Assembly: GCA_964016885.1 (NCBI GenBank)
Contig: OZ024743.1
Location: 361,150,001-361,214,000, forward strand
Source: Eledone cirrhosa
Lineage: Eukaryota
Direction: 5' to 3'
DNA: 64,000 nucleotides
Both the position numbers and the translations under genes were made by a program. Of this stretch, positions 11,916 through 26,800 are shown in pieces (the first letter of the stretch is position 1; each line of letters opens with the position of its first letter). Below the pieces are notes generated by a model that saw nothing but the letters and a program-made list of their open reading frames with translations, made no database searches and was not told the origin of the DNA.

Positions 11916-13716
11916 AATTAGCTATATATACTTTAATTTGACGTTTAGTTGCAATAATGTAAGTGGATGAGTTGTAGCAATAGTAGAGCAATGGTTTCTT
12001 TCTTCTCCGGCATTTCTTTATGTTTCTATGGTTCGAATTCAAATCCTGCTGTGGTTGAATCTCTAATCTATCATTCCAGATTCAATTAGAAACATGCCAG
12101 TTTAGTCCAGTTTATTACAGCGCTCTTTCTGCTACCTTTCATTTACGGAGCATTCTGTATCTATGATATAAATCCTCATAATCATAATTCAAAAACTAGT
12201 CATTTTATATAATACCTCCAGTCCGAGGTGAGAAGCCGAATGGTAGCTCAAGTCAAGTATTCAAAACCTCTCTACTGAGATGCCTCTATTTTATTTTAAA
12301 AATCTATATTAGGTGACATAGGCCCAGAGGAACATACATTTAGAACAAACGCGAAACTAAATAGTTTCGAAGAAGCATTATTAAGTACACAGCCATTACA
12401 TTAAATGAGCCATTAAACAGTATCGTTTCGTCTCATAAAGAAGTACCTGAACCCCAGCATCTACGTATTTACTAATACGCACATATGATTTATGATAAAT
12501 GAAAATTCTTAGCAAGAAACTGTCGTGCTAGGAAGGGACTCTTCACTTAGTAAAATGATTGTCTGGATCAATATCGCAGTTGCAACTATTTATAGTGAAA
12601 TAGAAACACATATTATAAACTTAAATACATAATCTGACATGTTTTGAAATAAAGGTTGGATGTAAAATCCGGATAATGTGTTATAATGTTCAATCACGAA
12701 ACCATCTAAAACCATGTTATAATCATAATAGAATTTTAAGTGAACATGCTAACACAGAAGGTCTGAAATTAAAACACAAATTACCCATAAGCACCAATTC
12801 AGCTAGACGGCTGTATTGACTGATGGTGTTACTTCTCGGTGTTCATAATTCATTCTAAAGAGTGACAATGTGTCAAAGCTAATGGGAGAAATCTATAAAA
12901 CAAAACCTATCAATTATTTGCAGTCACAGTTTTTACTAACACCTATCCGTATTTGTAGATGTATTAGATTATGCATGTACGTTTTCTCTCTAGTAATGTG
13001 TGCATGTAAACATGTATGTTATCGTATACGTACACACGCACATTTATACATATGCATATGGGTGGCTGCCAACTCGTTTTCGAGTACGGCCACTACTTTA
13101 TATCCATGTAGGAGAACCCCTACCGATGCGCTGAATGAGTGTGACATTTTAGTCCAGCCAGCGACTTGAAAACTCTGGTACAAACACTACACTTGTGAGG
13201 ATTATTGACACATAGTGCTGGGCCCATAGTACCATGTGACGACAAGTGCAGAGAGATCTTCAGATATAAAGCAATGCTTGTGCCGTGAAGCTTTTATAGT
13301 GAGCAAAGGCACTGCACAAAGCTAGTCCCACTCTCTTAACCAAGATGATATTTACCAAAAAGAAGAACAAGTCAACACCATTGGATACCATCAGAGTTGC
13401 AGGTGTTATATCAGAGTTTTCCTTCTCCTAGAATTCTGCCTTGACACAGGCTAAGGGGTCATGTCTCCCGGTGATTTTGGATGGCCATTGACTCTTAAAA
13501 GCTCCTTTGACCTTTGACAGGTTTTGTTTTTAGTCCTGCAGGATGTCCAAAGTCACCCTCCTCACCAAGAAACCTTGGTGGGGTTGCCAGTTTAGTCGCC
13601 AAGGACCCGACCATGGGACAGGTTATACTGGAATACATGTTACCAGTAGCACCAACTGGTGACCTGACATATGCATATACATACATACTTACATACATAC
13701 GCACACTCAGACACAC

Positions 13717-13719
<3 letters not shown>

Positions 13720-13761
<42 letters not shown>

Positions 13762-13833
13762 CATATATATATATAAGTATATGTAAGTATATATACGTTC
13801 ATATATATATATATATGAATGTATATATTTATA

Positions 13834-13869
<36 letters not shown>

Positions 13870-13929
13870 AGTATATCTAAGTATTTATACGTTCATATAT
13901 ATATATATATGAATGTATATATTTATATA

Positions 13930-13965
<36 letters not shown>

Positions 13966-14037
13966 AATATATCTAAGTATTTATACGTTCATATATATAT
14001 ATATATATATATGAACGTATATATACTTAGATATACT

Positions 14038-14108
<71 letters not shown>
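13720..14108. repeat. (TA)n-embedded minisatellite with internally palindromic units
   Basis: Three units of about 95 bp, aagtat.tatacgttcatatata...tatatgaa(t/c)gtatata, with the last one extended as an inverted copy. Confidence 0.85.
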
Positions 14109-14109
<1 letters not shown>

Positions 14110-14859
14110 ACACTTTTAAAGCATTGAAAGTATTTGTGAAAATTAATTTTACTAAATAGAAAATGACATTAAAAAGTACTTAATAAACACCATTGTATTT
14201 ACAGTATCTATCATCAATCATCTAAAGCTGAGTGCAAACGAATCTAAAGTCTAAATTGTATTGTTAGATGAAAGTATAACAGATATATTTGATAATGAAT
14301 AGTTATCGAATAAAGTGAAAAAGTTGTTCGTGTCATATCTCTTTTAGATATTCATTTATCTCTGTAACGCAATGTAACAAAACATGCTGCATTCTTTACT
14401 TGAGAGTGTCTTATTGCGTGGAAGCACTCAGTAAAATTTTGTAAGAAAAATACAGTTATTAGCACATGAATTTCAAATTAATTTGGTTTAGTGCTTTAAT
14501 TCACTTGAAGGGTACAAAGAACATTTACTTCTAATACAATGATGGTTATTTTCTATTCAAAATCGGGCTAAAAGCTGGAATTAAATATATTATTAAGTGC
14601 AACATTATTATTAGTTTAAATTACTTTCCAACGTTCGGGTTTCAAAAAAAAGAAAGAATAAACATTCCAATTGTGATTTATGTTGATGTGGAGCTTCTTC
14701 TTCTTCTGATGATGAGGAGGAGGAGGAGGAGGGGGGAGAGAGGAAAGGGGGAGTTAAATAATGCCATGCGGTCTGCAAATTCTACTCGAGGATACTCCAC
14801 CCACTCTGCCATGGTATCACTTCCAGCCCGGCTGTGGATATCAATCCTGTTTATGATAA

Positions 14860-15042
14860 TAATTGTTTCTACTTTTTGGTACACGGCCAACAACTACCCA
14901 GTACATTACTGGTACCTAATGTTATCGACATCGTAAGGATGAAAGGCAAAGATAGCCTCGGCGGGATTTGAACTCAGAATGGAAAGGGCTGTCACTCTAT
15001 GCGTCAAAGCATGGCACCCGAGCCTCTACCGATAGTGCCAAT
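14860..15042 (-). mobile_element. tRNA-SINE
   Basis: Similarity to the other copies. Confidence 0.88.
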
Positions 15043-15069
15043 GTGCCCTTGGTAGTGGTGTTTGGGGGG

Positions 15070-16100
15070 GTCCACCATCTGCATTGAATTATTTTGATTT
15101 CGCACCATTTATCCGAACACAAATACTACGTTGTTGTTATAGAGAATCCACGGTAACAAGAAGCTGTCCATTGGCCTATTACACTTGCAGATCCCTCCAC
15201 AACAAATCCCATGATACACGATCTTATGATTTTCGAGTTCATATGCCTTTCGAGATTATACGTAATACATCGTCGCAATAATCGTACGAGCTCTCGCAGA
15301 CTTATCACAGTGTTTAACAATTGTTCGGCTGTGCTGTATCCGAGGGGAAATCATACGGTTCTTCAGCTAGTCTGGATTCGACAATATCCCTGCATCTTTT
15401 CCAGACAATTAGCATCGACTTTACCGAAGAGGCTTAACAAAGTGACCCCTCGATAATTAAAGCAATAACTTATGTTTTTCTTTTTTGAAATATGGGGTAA
15501 TCACAGAGTGAGATAGAGAATACCTCACTTTAACGCTCTTAAAATCATGGCCAAATTTCATCTTCCCCAGAAGCCTTGGCATATTTTTACTCTTTAATTA
15601 CTCTTGTGGCCTCATGTCATTCATCCCTCCCAGAGGCACCTCGAGTAGATCAGAGGATGTTGTTTTGTCTAGTTTTCTGAGATCAGCAAAGTATTTTCTC
15701 CATCTCGCGTGGATGCATCTCTCTGAAGAGTTCCTTGTACAAGACGTGGAGGGCACCTCATTACGAAGTTCACTGATAGTCTGCCAACATACTTTATTTG
15801 CTGATCTAAAGTAGGATTCCGCGGTTATTTATTCGTCGGACAGGATCCCTCTTATATCGGAACTAACTATTATATATGGTGGCCGTGTCACGATTCTCCA
15901 TCTGCAACCCAATGCATCCGCATTTTAAAATGTATGATATAATGAGACTTTGCTGCTACCGCTTGCAAGCTCTTTAAGCTTTTGTTAAGACACCATTGTT
16001 GGAAGTGGCTTTCCTTTCTTAAAAGATACTCAGGGAAATCCTTAATTGGAGTAATTCTTTTAAGTAGAGAATGACAATGCAAACACAGTGGTAACTGTTC
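15070..16100 (-). mobile_element. Degenerate RTE-clade LINE RT fragment
   Basis: Manual translation gives KYAKASGEDEIWP and CFNYRGVTLLSLFGKVDANCLEK; boundaries are approximate. Confidence 0.65.
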
Positions 16101-16911
16101 GCGAGCCAGGGTGTAAATGTGTAATAGTTTCAGAAAATATAAAATTATTTTTTTCTGGACGATGTTTAAACTGAAAAATAGACTATTTGTTACATGTTTA
16201 GGTTACGTTGCACTACATCAGTATATCATCGTCTACTCAAGCCTGCTGTAATCAATCGACAATGGTTTTATATATATCAAAAGAGGTAAAATATTATTAA
16301 TAAAACGATTATTAATGCTAACGTTAACGAAGCACTCTAATGATAAAGAACTAATTGTAAAGGTTTGTAATATTAAATTGTACGCATATGTGTTAGATCT
16401 TTAGAGCTCAGTGGATTTATTATCATGATAATTAAATACAGCACTATACATGAAGCACAATACATTTTCACTTAGGTAAAATTAATATTCAACAAAAATA
16501 AGTATGTTCAATTATAACACTTTCCATAATTCCTTTACTTTTTCAAACATAATAGCTCAGAACTACTAAGTATTGAATGCCAATGTCTACCATGTAATCA
16601 ATAAATAAGAGGACAACAGTCGGACAAGGTTAGAGGTATATTTAAACTGATTCCAAATATAATCCTGTAATAAATGCATCTAATTAACCTATAACTTCAA
16701 CTCGGTTTGACTTCATACTTCCTAGCTGGCAAATATAACACAATAGTTCTAAATTAATTAGTAAATTTTCATATGACATTAATATCACCAATTAATCACG
16801 AGACAATTCAATTCACGAATTTCAATATATATGTGCGTGAGTGAGGTAGTATGTGTTCGATGCCTGTGTAGATGTGTATGTAGGTATGAATCCCTCTAAG
16901 TGTAACATATG

Positions 16912-16943
<32 letters not shown>

Positions 16944-17055
16944 CACGTGTATTAAAAGTTGCGTATTTAATTATTTCTCGGGATTAATCGTTCTCAAACA
17001 CACACACAAATACACACACACACACGCACACACACACACAGACACACACACGGAA

Positions 17056-17099
<44 letters not shown>

Positions 17100-17124
17100 A
17101 CACACACATAATATATATATATAT

Positions 17125-19865
17125 ATAATATAAAAGGAAGTTTGCTTGTTTGTTTGTTCGCTACTAATAACACTAAATAAAACTGGTAATAATTAAGGAT
17201 TTGTGTGTGCGTTCAACTAATCGAACTGCCGACATGCACGCCATCGACTTTTTCTCCAAAAGCGGGGTGGGGTGGGGGTTAGTTAGGGGTCTCTTTATCT
17301 TCCGAGCCTCTGAGATTTTTTCGGTTGGAATTTCTTTCAATCTTGTTTTGTTTTGTTTTTTCGTCTGTTTTCCATCGATTTGACATCCGACTCTCTCGCC
17401 AACGTTTCTTTTTTTTCCGAAAGGAGAAGCGGGAAGAGAGGGAGACGCTTGGAATTACGGATACGTAGCTCTTAGTCGTTTAAATTTATAGAAAGCGCCT
17501 CCAGTGCGTCGTGAAGTCATCCTATTTCCTACGTTTTTTTCGCGTGTTTTCAATTAATCTGACTTCTGACAGGCTCGCAGTGGGGCCGGGACGGGAGGGG
17601 ACCTACAAATTACGCGTGCAAATGCAGCAACAAGGATTTCTATGCTGCTGTGTCTGCGCTTTAAGGACAAACTATGTCCAACGAGGTGTCCAAATTCTAG
17701 CACAACCGATATATCAGCCGTAGCAAAGCATTCTAGCGCAGTTTTGTATTCCCAATTCTGGCCCATTACTGACCGGTGCAAAAACCTGGCGTCTATTTGG
17801 AAAATGGTCAGGATTGTATTTTACAGCCCAAAATAAAGATAACCAGGCATTGCACCAATTTTGGTTGCATTTTTTTTAACTTTGCAAACGTGACAGCTTT
17901 GTATGAATTCTACTATACGAACAAGAAAATGGAACCGGGGCAAACAAGGAAAACCATTAGAAAACCATCCTCAAATTCGTAAAACCGCAACACTAGTTAA
18001 GATTTACAAAATACAACCTGAACAGTACGAATGTTTACACTTGAGGACACAGCTGAATGAAAGTAGATGCCCTTAAGACTTTGATAAACACCCAAAAAGT
18101 GAATGGCACCGTGTCACCTATCAAGAGGTCTGTGGAGAGATATGTAGGAAGACGACAATCAATGGGATGCAACACTTGTGTCGTCTCAAACTCGGATCAC
18201 TAAACTTATTCGAAATTTGTTCGCAACTATATTAACATCTTGTTACATACCGAATCAATCGGCCTTTGGCTGACATAGAGGGACGACATGTCAAAGGACA
18301 TGAAACACCAGTTGAGAGTACCTGATATAGAAGTAACAATTCCAGATGAACATTATAACACAGCTTTGATCTAAATTGAAAACACACTGTCGAAAAGAGA
18401 TGCATATGATGCTTGCAGAGAGAGAACTAATTTCATGCCCTAATATTATGCAAGAAACTTCATACAACGAAGACCACATCTCATACGTAAAGGAAAACGA
18501 ACCAAATATACAACATAATCAAAAATCAGTATATAATATAATTTTTCAGTCAATTTCACATCATAATGGTGGCCTATATTTTATCGATGCTCCGGTTGGA
18601 AGTGGTAACATATTGGTAAACCAATTGTTGTCTAAAAATCGATAAGACCAAAAATTTGTTTTAGCAGTTTCTATATCTGGAATTGTCACTACATTTTTAC
18701 CTAGGGTTTGGACAGCTCATTTTGCTTTTAAATTGGACTTGAGCCTCAGTTTAAATGAAATATCCATGTGTAATATTACTGACTGACTAAGTAACTGAGC
18801 AAGTAATGCAACGATGTGTGGTAATTTTGGGAGAGGAATGCAAAATAACACTCAAGCGCATTGAATACCTTGGGCAGAACACTGAAAGATATTCAGAACA
18901 ACACAGCAAACATGGGAGAGATAACTGTTGTTTTATCAGGGGACTTCCCACAAACTTTACCTGTGATATCAAAGGGCAATCGTGCCGATCAAGTTCGAAC
19001 TTGCGTAAAATTGTCAAATTTATGGCCAAGGATTACCAAACCCAATGCAAGAACCAACATGCGGGAATAACATTTCGGAGAAAACATTTTTGCAGAGATT
19101 TCTCGAAATTTCCTGAAACTTGGTGAAATCAAACAATATCTCGATACTGAAGGATGTTTTGATCATTTATCATTTTGCACTGTTGTTGAAAGTGTTGATA
19201 GCTTAATTAATCAAGTGTTTCCAAATTTCGAAATCCACCATTCCAACCAGGAGTGGCTGTGTGAAAGAGTTATCCTTGCCTCCAAAATATCACAATGAAT
19301 GCCATCAACAGACATTTCTCTCAAATGATCCCTGGATGTAGCGACAGCTCTAAATATATCGACAAAGGCGTCGACGATGACGAAACTGCTCATTATACTG
19401 TTGAATTTCTTAACAGCCCGGAGCCCTCCTGTATGCCGTTAGACAACCTAAATTGTAGAATCCCGCAGTCACCATGCTCCTCTGGAACCTGGACCAGTCA
19501 GAATTGTGCAATGCGACACGTATGGCTGTTACCAAACTAAAGCCTCGCATTATTGAAGCCAAAATTCTCACTGGATGTGGAAATGAGACATCGTATGTAT
19601 ACGTAGAGTACCGTTAAATGCCAATAGGTGTACCCTTCTATATTTTAAAAGATTGCAATTCATAGAGAGAGTCAGTCATTTATGCAATGATCAACAAGTC
19701 CCCTGGTCAACAGACACTTCAGGTTGTCGGTCCCCATCTAAAACAGGTCTGTTTCTGATATGGTTAATTTTATGTATGTTGTTCCCGAGTAGGAAACCCC
19801 ACAAACTCTTCACATATTCTCCAAAGAAAAAAAGTTAAAAACATTGTAAATACTAAAGTTCTGTA
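17125..19865 (+). mobile_element. Helitron remnant (Rep-helicase linker plus Pif1 helicase, heavily frameshifted)
   Basis: GGLYFIDAPVGSG (motif I), VVLSGDFPQTLPVISKG, a frameshifted AMxINKSPGQ..LQVVG and EDDNQWDATL. The 5' boundary is tentative, based on a Helitron-like ataatataaaa...gtttgtttgttcgc start. Confidence 0.85.
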
Positions 19866-20038
19866 AATGTTTCATAATTTTTGTAGAATATATATATTTT
19901 TTTTATTTATTTATTACTTTCTGTACTTAAATATTCTAAATGAAATTTAAAAATTATGTTAAACAATATTTAAATATTACTATTTTTGATTTTAATGAAA
20001 ACGTGCATTACCATAATGCTAACAGATGGTTTATGAAT

Positions 20039-20240
<202 letters not shown>

Positions 20241-20875
20241 TTTCATTCTTTCTCGTGGTTAAACGTCGCTATTATGATCCTCTCATTACAATTTTTATTT
20301 GTGAGTGTTGTATCGTATCTAAACGGGTAACCCAAATATAAAAGTTGCATTTGATATAGTGTTGTTAATTTTAACTGTTCTTCCGAGTTCGATAAAATAC
20401 ACTACCAGTCAAGAAACGTATCTATAATACACATGCTTAATTGCAATAATCTCGCTTCATTTTTATAGAATTTTGTCATCTAGTAAAAATAGCTATATTT
20501 CAGTTGTAAAATCCCACAGAAAGCTCCATATTTTTAGTTTTTTTATCTTCTTTCAGTGCAAGCGACATTTTGTTGACAGTGTTTAAAAATGATGTCATAC
20601 GTCTGTGTGTGGATATGTGTATGCATATATGCGTGTGTATATATATGTGCGTGAATTTGTGTTTGCGTGTGGAATTAAGGATAATATACCGTATATAAAG
20701 ATTTGTAAACAAAACTCTGGAAAGTGAAAAATAAAATGATGCAAGATAATAGAAACATAATCCCTAACGGACCAGAGAAACGTGGTCGCCCATGGAATAT
20801 AATCGATGCTACAATCACTAAAAGTATACACAAATAATTGTTGCTATGAAATGACTTCTAGTACATATGTCTGAT

Positions 20876-21039
20876 TTAGGCATAAGGCGAACATTTTTGT
20901 GGAGTTGAAATTCTATTAAATCGTCCCCAGTGCCTTATTGGTACTATTTTATCGACCCATAAGTATGGAAGTCAAAGCTACCCTTGGTGGGATTTGTGCT
21001 CAGAACGTAAAGGGGCGTAACTCTATACTGCCAATCCAC
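20876..21039 (-). mobile_element. Diverged tRNA-SINE
   Basis: ggtactattttatcgaccc...ggtgggatttgtgctcagaacgtaaagg...ctgccaatccac. Confidence 0.8.
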
Positions 21040-22988
21040 TTCTCTTGATCATTTATAGAAATGATTCGAATTATCCCAACTGAATCTACCCAACTCTCTT
21101 TCCTATTCTTTCTGTCTACCAAATCTGACTCATAAAATAACGCAGTTGCTGAGCGAATGTCGGAATCACGTAGAAATGCCTTCGCCCATTATGAGACTTC
21201 ATAATGATGAAAGAGCAGACAACAGGCTAATGGGTTTTATAATGAGTTACTGTTCGCAATTTAGGTTTCCTTTGAGTCAACTACCTTTCCAGATGCAATG
21301 TTGATATAGAGATATTAATGTTAGATAATAAAGCATTTTTTCATTTTTCTTGATATCCAACCGTCATAAATTTGGTTTATACTAAGTCAAAACAAACGAT
21401 TATGTTCTTATAAAATTCTAATAAAAGCGTCATAATATATAGAAAAACAGGCTCGATAATTTTCCTTACAGCAACTTGTAGAAACGTTAAATCTCTATTC
21501 CAAACAGAGAAAATACATGGTAATATTGAGTTACAACATTCGTTTAGATTTCTAATCCATAATCTATAGTACTGAACTTGATTTAATCAAATATAGACTA
21601 AACCCCACCCTTTCCATAGTTTGCGATCTTCTACCTGTATTAGAAATCCCTAATGTCGTTTCTGAATATTGGCTGAAACATTAGTTATTGGACGATATGA
21701 CTTACGTTATTTTCTTCAGTTCTTTATGCTCTGTGTTCAAATCATCTGATGGTAACCATTACCATTCTTCTTTCCAGGGCTGGAAAATTAACTCATCAGG
21801 GAAGAATCGAGTCGACATAAGACATTAAAAATTAGGTGACCTAATACCTATGTTACAATCGATTTTTTCAAGGAAGATGCTGTGTTCAATATCTACTGGA
21901 TTATTTAAATAGATATTAGTTTTCGGGAAAATATGAGTTTTATCACGAATATTACAAACATATTTATAATCTAAATGTAATACAAACGACTATTGCATGT
22001 TTTATTAATGTATCAGATCAAGTACACATTTGAGTTTAAATTTTGGATTATATTATTTATCAATCTAATCTTCTGCACATAGACATTTTGAAGAACATCT
22101 GAACGTTACCAATAATATTCTAAATGATTGTTTCTTAAGGTTTTGCGATGTAAATTGAAGTGTATGCCATATGTTTCTGATAACAAAGAGGCTTTAAATT
22201 GGGCTAAGAGCCTTGGCACTGGTTCCAAATGCCATAACATAGTCTTAAACATCACATAGACTGAGGTAGAAACTTCTCTTTTCATGAAAGAGAAAGGAGT
22301 AACGAATTGTGGCAGAACATATAACCGCAATAATGGCAGATATGAGTAAATAAAACATGGCCAACTATTTAATTTTAGTTGAATAAAAAAAGTAATTACT
22401 TAACATGTTACTTTCCCATTAAAGTCACCAAAGATTAGAAAATTTGAACTCATAAATGCAGTACTAATTTCAACGACTGAAAGATGCATCGAAAATTACG
22501 GAGAATTCATTGAATCAAAAGAGATATTTTTCTTTAATACAGAAATACACAAATGCGTATTTAAAGAATGCGTTATTGAAATTGAGGTAATTGTGATTAA
22601 AAGTTCCGTCACATACAACACTTATTCTTTGAACCATTTCCGTAAAAATGTTTCCCTTTTGCATTATGAATATATGTCATCAACAAACATGTTAACATCA
22701 TGATATGGAAACGTATTCAGAATTCATTTTGACTAAATCTAATATTAATAGGTATTGATCTACAGCTTCATTTCAATGTTGTAATAGAATATCGAATGGA
22801 TAGAATTTTAATCAAAGCGTTCATCTCATTTGAGATGTGCAGAATCATTGCTCACTAAACTCACCATAACATTCTTCAATTGTAATAACATGAAAATCAA
22901 CTATAACTTATCGCTTACGTGGAATAAAATATTACTAGCAATAAAACAGAAGCAATTATTTAAAGTAAAATCCATTTTGTAATAGATA

Positions 22989-23381
22989 TAATTGTTTCTA
23001 CTTTTGGCACAAGGCCAGCAATCACCCAGTACATTACTGGTACTTTATGTTATCGAACCCGTAAATATGAAAGGCAAAGTTAACCTCGGCGGGATTTGAA
23101 CTCAGACCGTAAAGGGACGTAACTATGCTGGAAAGCATGGCGTCCGACTCTCTACTGATACTGCCAATCCACCGCCATTTTGTAATAGATATAATTGTTT
23201 CTACTTTTGGCACAAGGCCAGCAACATACCCAGTGCATTACTGGTACTTTATTTTATCGACCCCGGAAGGATGAAAGGCAAAGTTAACCTCGGCGGGATT
23301 TGAACTCAGATCATAAAGGGACGTAACTCTATGCTTCAAAGCATGGCGTCCGACCCTCTACCGATACTGCCAATCCACAGC
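22989..23381 (-). mobile_element. Two tRNA-SINE copies in tandem (22989-23176 and 23192-23381)
   Basis: Both full length; ttgtaatagatataat occurs before, between and after them. Confidence 0.92.
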
Positions 23382-23749
23382 AGTGGATAGATATAATAAA
23401 TTGTAATAGATATAATAAATATATATCATAGTTAAGACACGTAAGTACTGCATAATTTGCATGTGAACTTAAAGAATTGATGGGAAGTAACTCCAGTGTA
23501 TTTGTCTAAGTGTATCTGCCACAATAGGTAATAGCTCCTACATGTATGAGTGTATGAAAATGTGTGTATTTTGGGATATATTTTGGATATGTGAGGGTGA
23601 GGGAGTGAGTGCGTGTGTAGAAATAGGTGCATTTCTTCACTGGTGTGTCAATGCATATGTATGCTCAATATATAACAGTTTTTTAAGTGTTCTAAGTTCT
23701 CCGTGTTTGTTTCGCATTCTTGGCCTTGCACTATATGCACATTCATTCA

Positions 23750-23875
23750 TATATACATCCATCCATACATACATACATAGATACATAGATACATAGATAC
23801 ATACTTATATACATACATACACAACATACATACATACATACATACATACATACATACATACATACATACATACAT
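23750..23875. repeat. (ACAT)n microsatellite at the 3' end of the RTE
   Basis: Direct reading. Confidence 0.95.
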
Positions 23876-26800
23876 GAGGATTTCAGCGTCTTCACAGACG
23901 ATTGCCGTCTCTTATTGATTCTTCGTTATCATACCATCTGCGTCCATGACTTCATAGACGACTTTGTAGGCCAGCGGTAGATCTGTATGGTTTAGGACAC
24001 ACGTGACAGAAGAGAGCTGTGCTTTCCAGAGGACCGAAGAAGTCATCCTGTGGTATACAATGTTCATGTACCACCATGTGTTCTTTTAGCTCAGAACTAG
24101 TTCTACACACTTTGTTGCATATCACGCACGTTGTTTCGCCATGTATTTATTGAGTGGTGTTGTGGGTGGTTATAATTTCATGTGACTGCAGGTGATTAAC
24201 ATAGCCAGCCTTTGAAAGGAGTACACGCTGACAGAAATTGGATGTCCAACTACTGGTGACTTCATCAAGACTGTGAGCACAACCCTTCTGGAACTGACGC
24301 TTCAGTTGTTTATGTTCTAGACGACATTCCTCAAATGTTTTGCAACTGCCATTTATGCGCTTTCTACACTCAGCCCTATTTAGAGCTATCGCCTCCCAGT
24401 TGTCTATATCAAATACCAGATTTTTGAGGTTGTTCTTTATGCTCTCCTTGTACCTCATTTTCTGTTTGTGTTGAGGCCTTTTTCCAAGGCGGAACTCGCC
24501 GTAAAACAGTTGCTTCGGGATCCTGCTTTTTTTTCATGCAGACGATATGTCTGTCCACCGCATTTGAGAAAATTTTACTTGGGACTCAATGCTTGGACAA
24601 TCTGTTTTGATAAGGAAATGGATATCAGAAGATCTGTCTTGTCACTTGATATTAAATATGCGCCTAAAAGATTCGGCGCAGTATAGAAGAGCATACAGAA
24701 CACACGATCTACACACATACACACCTTGGTATTGTTGGTAATGTTGCGATTTGCCCAACCTTCCTTTTCCAATTTTACGAAGGCGACAGAGGCGTTCTGG
24801 GTGTTCAGATGTATTTCAGCATCCAAGAAGCCATCATTTGAGTGTGCTAACCAAGTAGACAGATCTATCAACTATTCCCAACCTGGTTCCATCAACCATG
24901 GTATGGGTTTTAGAATATGGTTCTCCAGGAGCCGGAGTAAACATTACTTTGTTCTTTTTGAGATGAGAAACGGTCCATAATGTGCCGCATGTCTACTTCT
25001 GTGTGTGCTAGGAAGTCAGCGTCGTCGGCGTAAAGAAGGTCTCTGATTAAAGCTTAACAAGTGTTTGTCTTGGCATTAAACTTTAAGAATGTGTCTGGCA
25101 CAATCATCGAAAGTATGTACGAGCAAGGCAGCACAGAGGAAAAGCGTAGGAGCAGGAATATCACTTTTTACTCTGTTGTCAATTGGTATTTCCCCAGATA
25201 GTTAACCATTGAAGGTAACCCGAGCTTTCATATTTCTGAAAATGTGATTTAGCATACACACAAACTTGGGTGGACATCCTACTTTTCCAAATATTATCCA
25301 GAATGCATCTTTGATTACTGTGTCAAAAGCCTTCGTTAGGTTGAGAAAGACTCGATATAGAGAGACACACTGCTCAACGCATTTTTCTTGTATTTGTCTT
25401 ACAGAGAAAATCATGTCAACTGTTATCCTTCCTCCCCTAAAACCCCTCTGTGTTTCTGGGATAGCTGTAGGATAGATATCCTTCTCCAGTCTGTTGAGCA
25501 AACGCCTTGCGAGAACTTTGCCAACAGCTTCCAACAAAGTGATGCGACGGTAGTTTCCATATATCAACTTTTCACATTTGTATGTGTATAATGATAACAG
25601 AATGCCGTTGATCCAGTCTTGCGGAACCGGGGCCCAATTCCAGCAATCAGTGATGAAGTTGTTTATTGCTTCTCTTACATTATCACTACCGACTTTCAGC
25701 AGTTCGACTGGGATACCATCAGCAGAGGGAAGTCGATCCATACGGTGGAATGTTTCACATTGAGGAAGGCCCTCGATTACTCCGAAATTAACTGCTGATG
25801 GATTGTCAAAGAGCTCAGTAAAATGTTCGTCCGTACAGGATTTGTTATGGCTTTTGATCCCTGAGGAGTTATTGAAGATGTTGGTGGGCCGAAGGAAGAC
25901 TTCGTGTATCAATGGGTAAAATTACTTCGAATCTTTAGTGTTAAAAGCCTGGTGGATATCCGAAGAGATATTACTCCGCCATTCACTTTGCAACCTGCGC
26001 AGTTCGCGTTGCAGTATTGCTTTGTGATCTTTGTAGGCTTTCCTGACAGCTGGTTGTGCTACGGGATTTTGATTCAGGAGCTTTTCATAGAGTGTGCTTG
26101 ATATTAGAATTGTTGTCATCGAACAGGTCATGGTGTTTCTTGGTTCTGAAGCCAAGTACCACAGCTTCCACTGAGTAAACTTGATCTCTAAAGTTTTCCC
26201 AGGTACCATCAAAATCAAGAGCATCAAATCTTTAAGTTAGGGTTGTACGCCCATCTGCTTGCCTCCGTGTTATGACATCAATACGTTTCAGTGCTTTCAC
26301 TCAGACATACGATTCATTTTGCGGATATTCATCTTGAAATTTCCTCGCACTAATTTGTTGTTAGTGCCACATTCTGCATTACGTAACACAGACACTGTTC
26401 CCACGTCCCTTAGATCTCGTTACAAATGATAATTAAATCAATCATATGTCCATGCTTGGATCTTGCATGATACCAGGCAGTTTTATATTTGAGCTTCTAA
26501 CGGAAAAGTGTGTTGTAGATGGTTAAGTTGTGGTCTATGCAGAGTTCAAGCAACCTCAGGCCACTGGTGTTTTACCAATATCAAATAGACCAAGAGCCTC
26601 TCACGTCTCCTGATCATACGAGCATTAAAATCACCGAGAAGTAATAATTTATCTTCAGCAGGTGTGCATGCAATGACAGCATGATGAGACTCATAGAAAG
26701 AATCAAGGACTACCTTACTGGCCAGTAGGTTTGGTGCATAAGTAGGTAAAGGTGTTACATAACGGCCATGTCTCAGAGGAATACGAAGCTTCGTATTGTG

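Noticed and set aside
13495-14127. YI/CV/HT-rich ORFs here and at about 20 kb, 30.3 kb, 41-42 kb and 63 kb
   Set aside because: Translations of dinucleotide microsatellites
21770-21810. CUGAUGA...GAAA on the minus strand
   Set aside because: No stems, and it lies within what looks like a degenerate SINE
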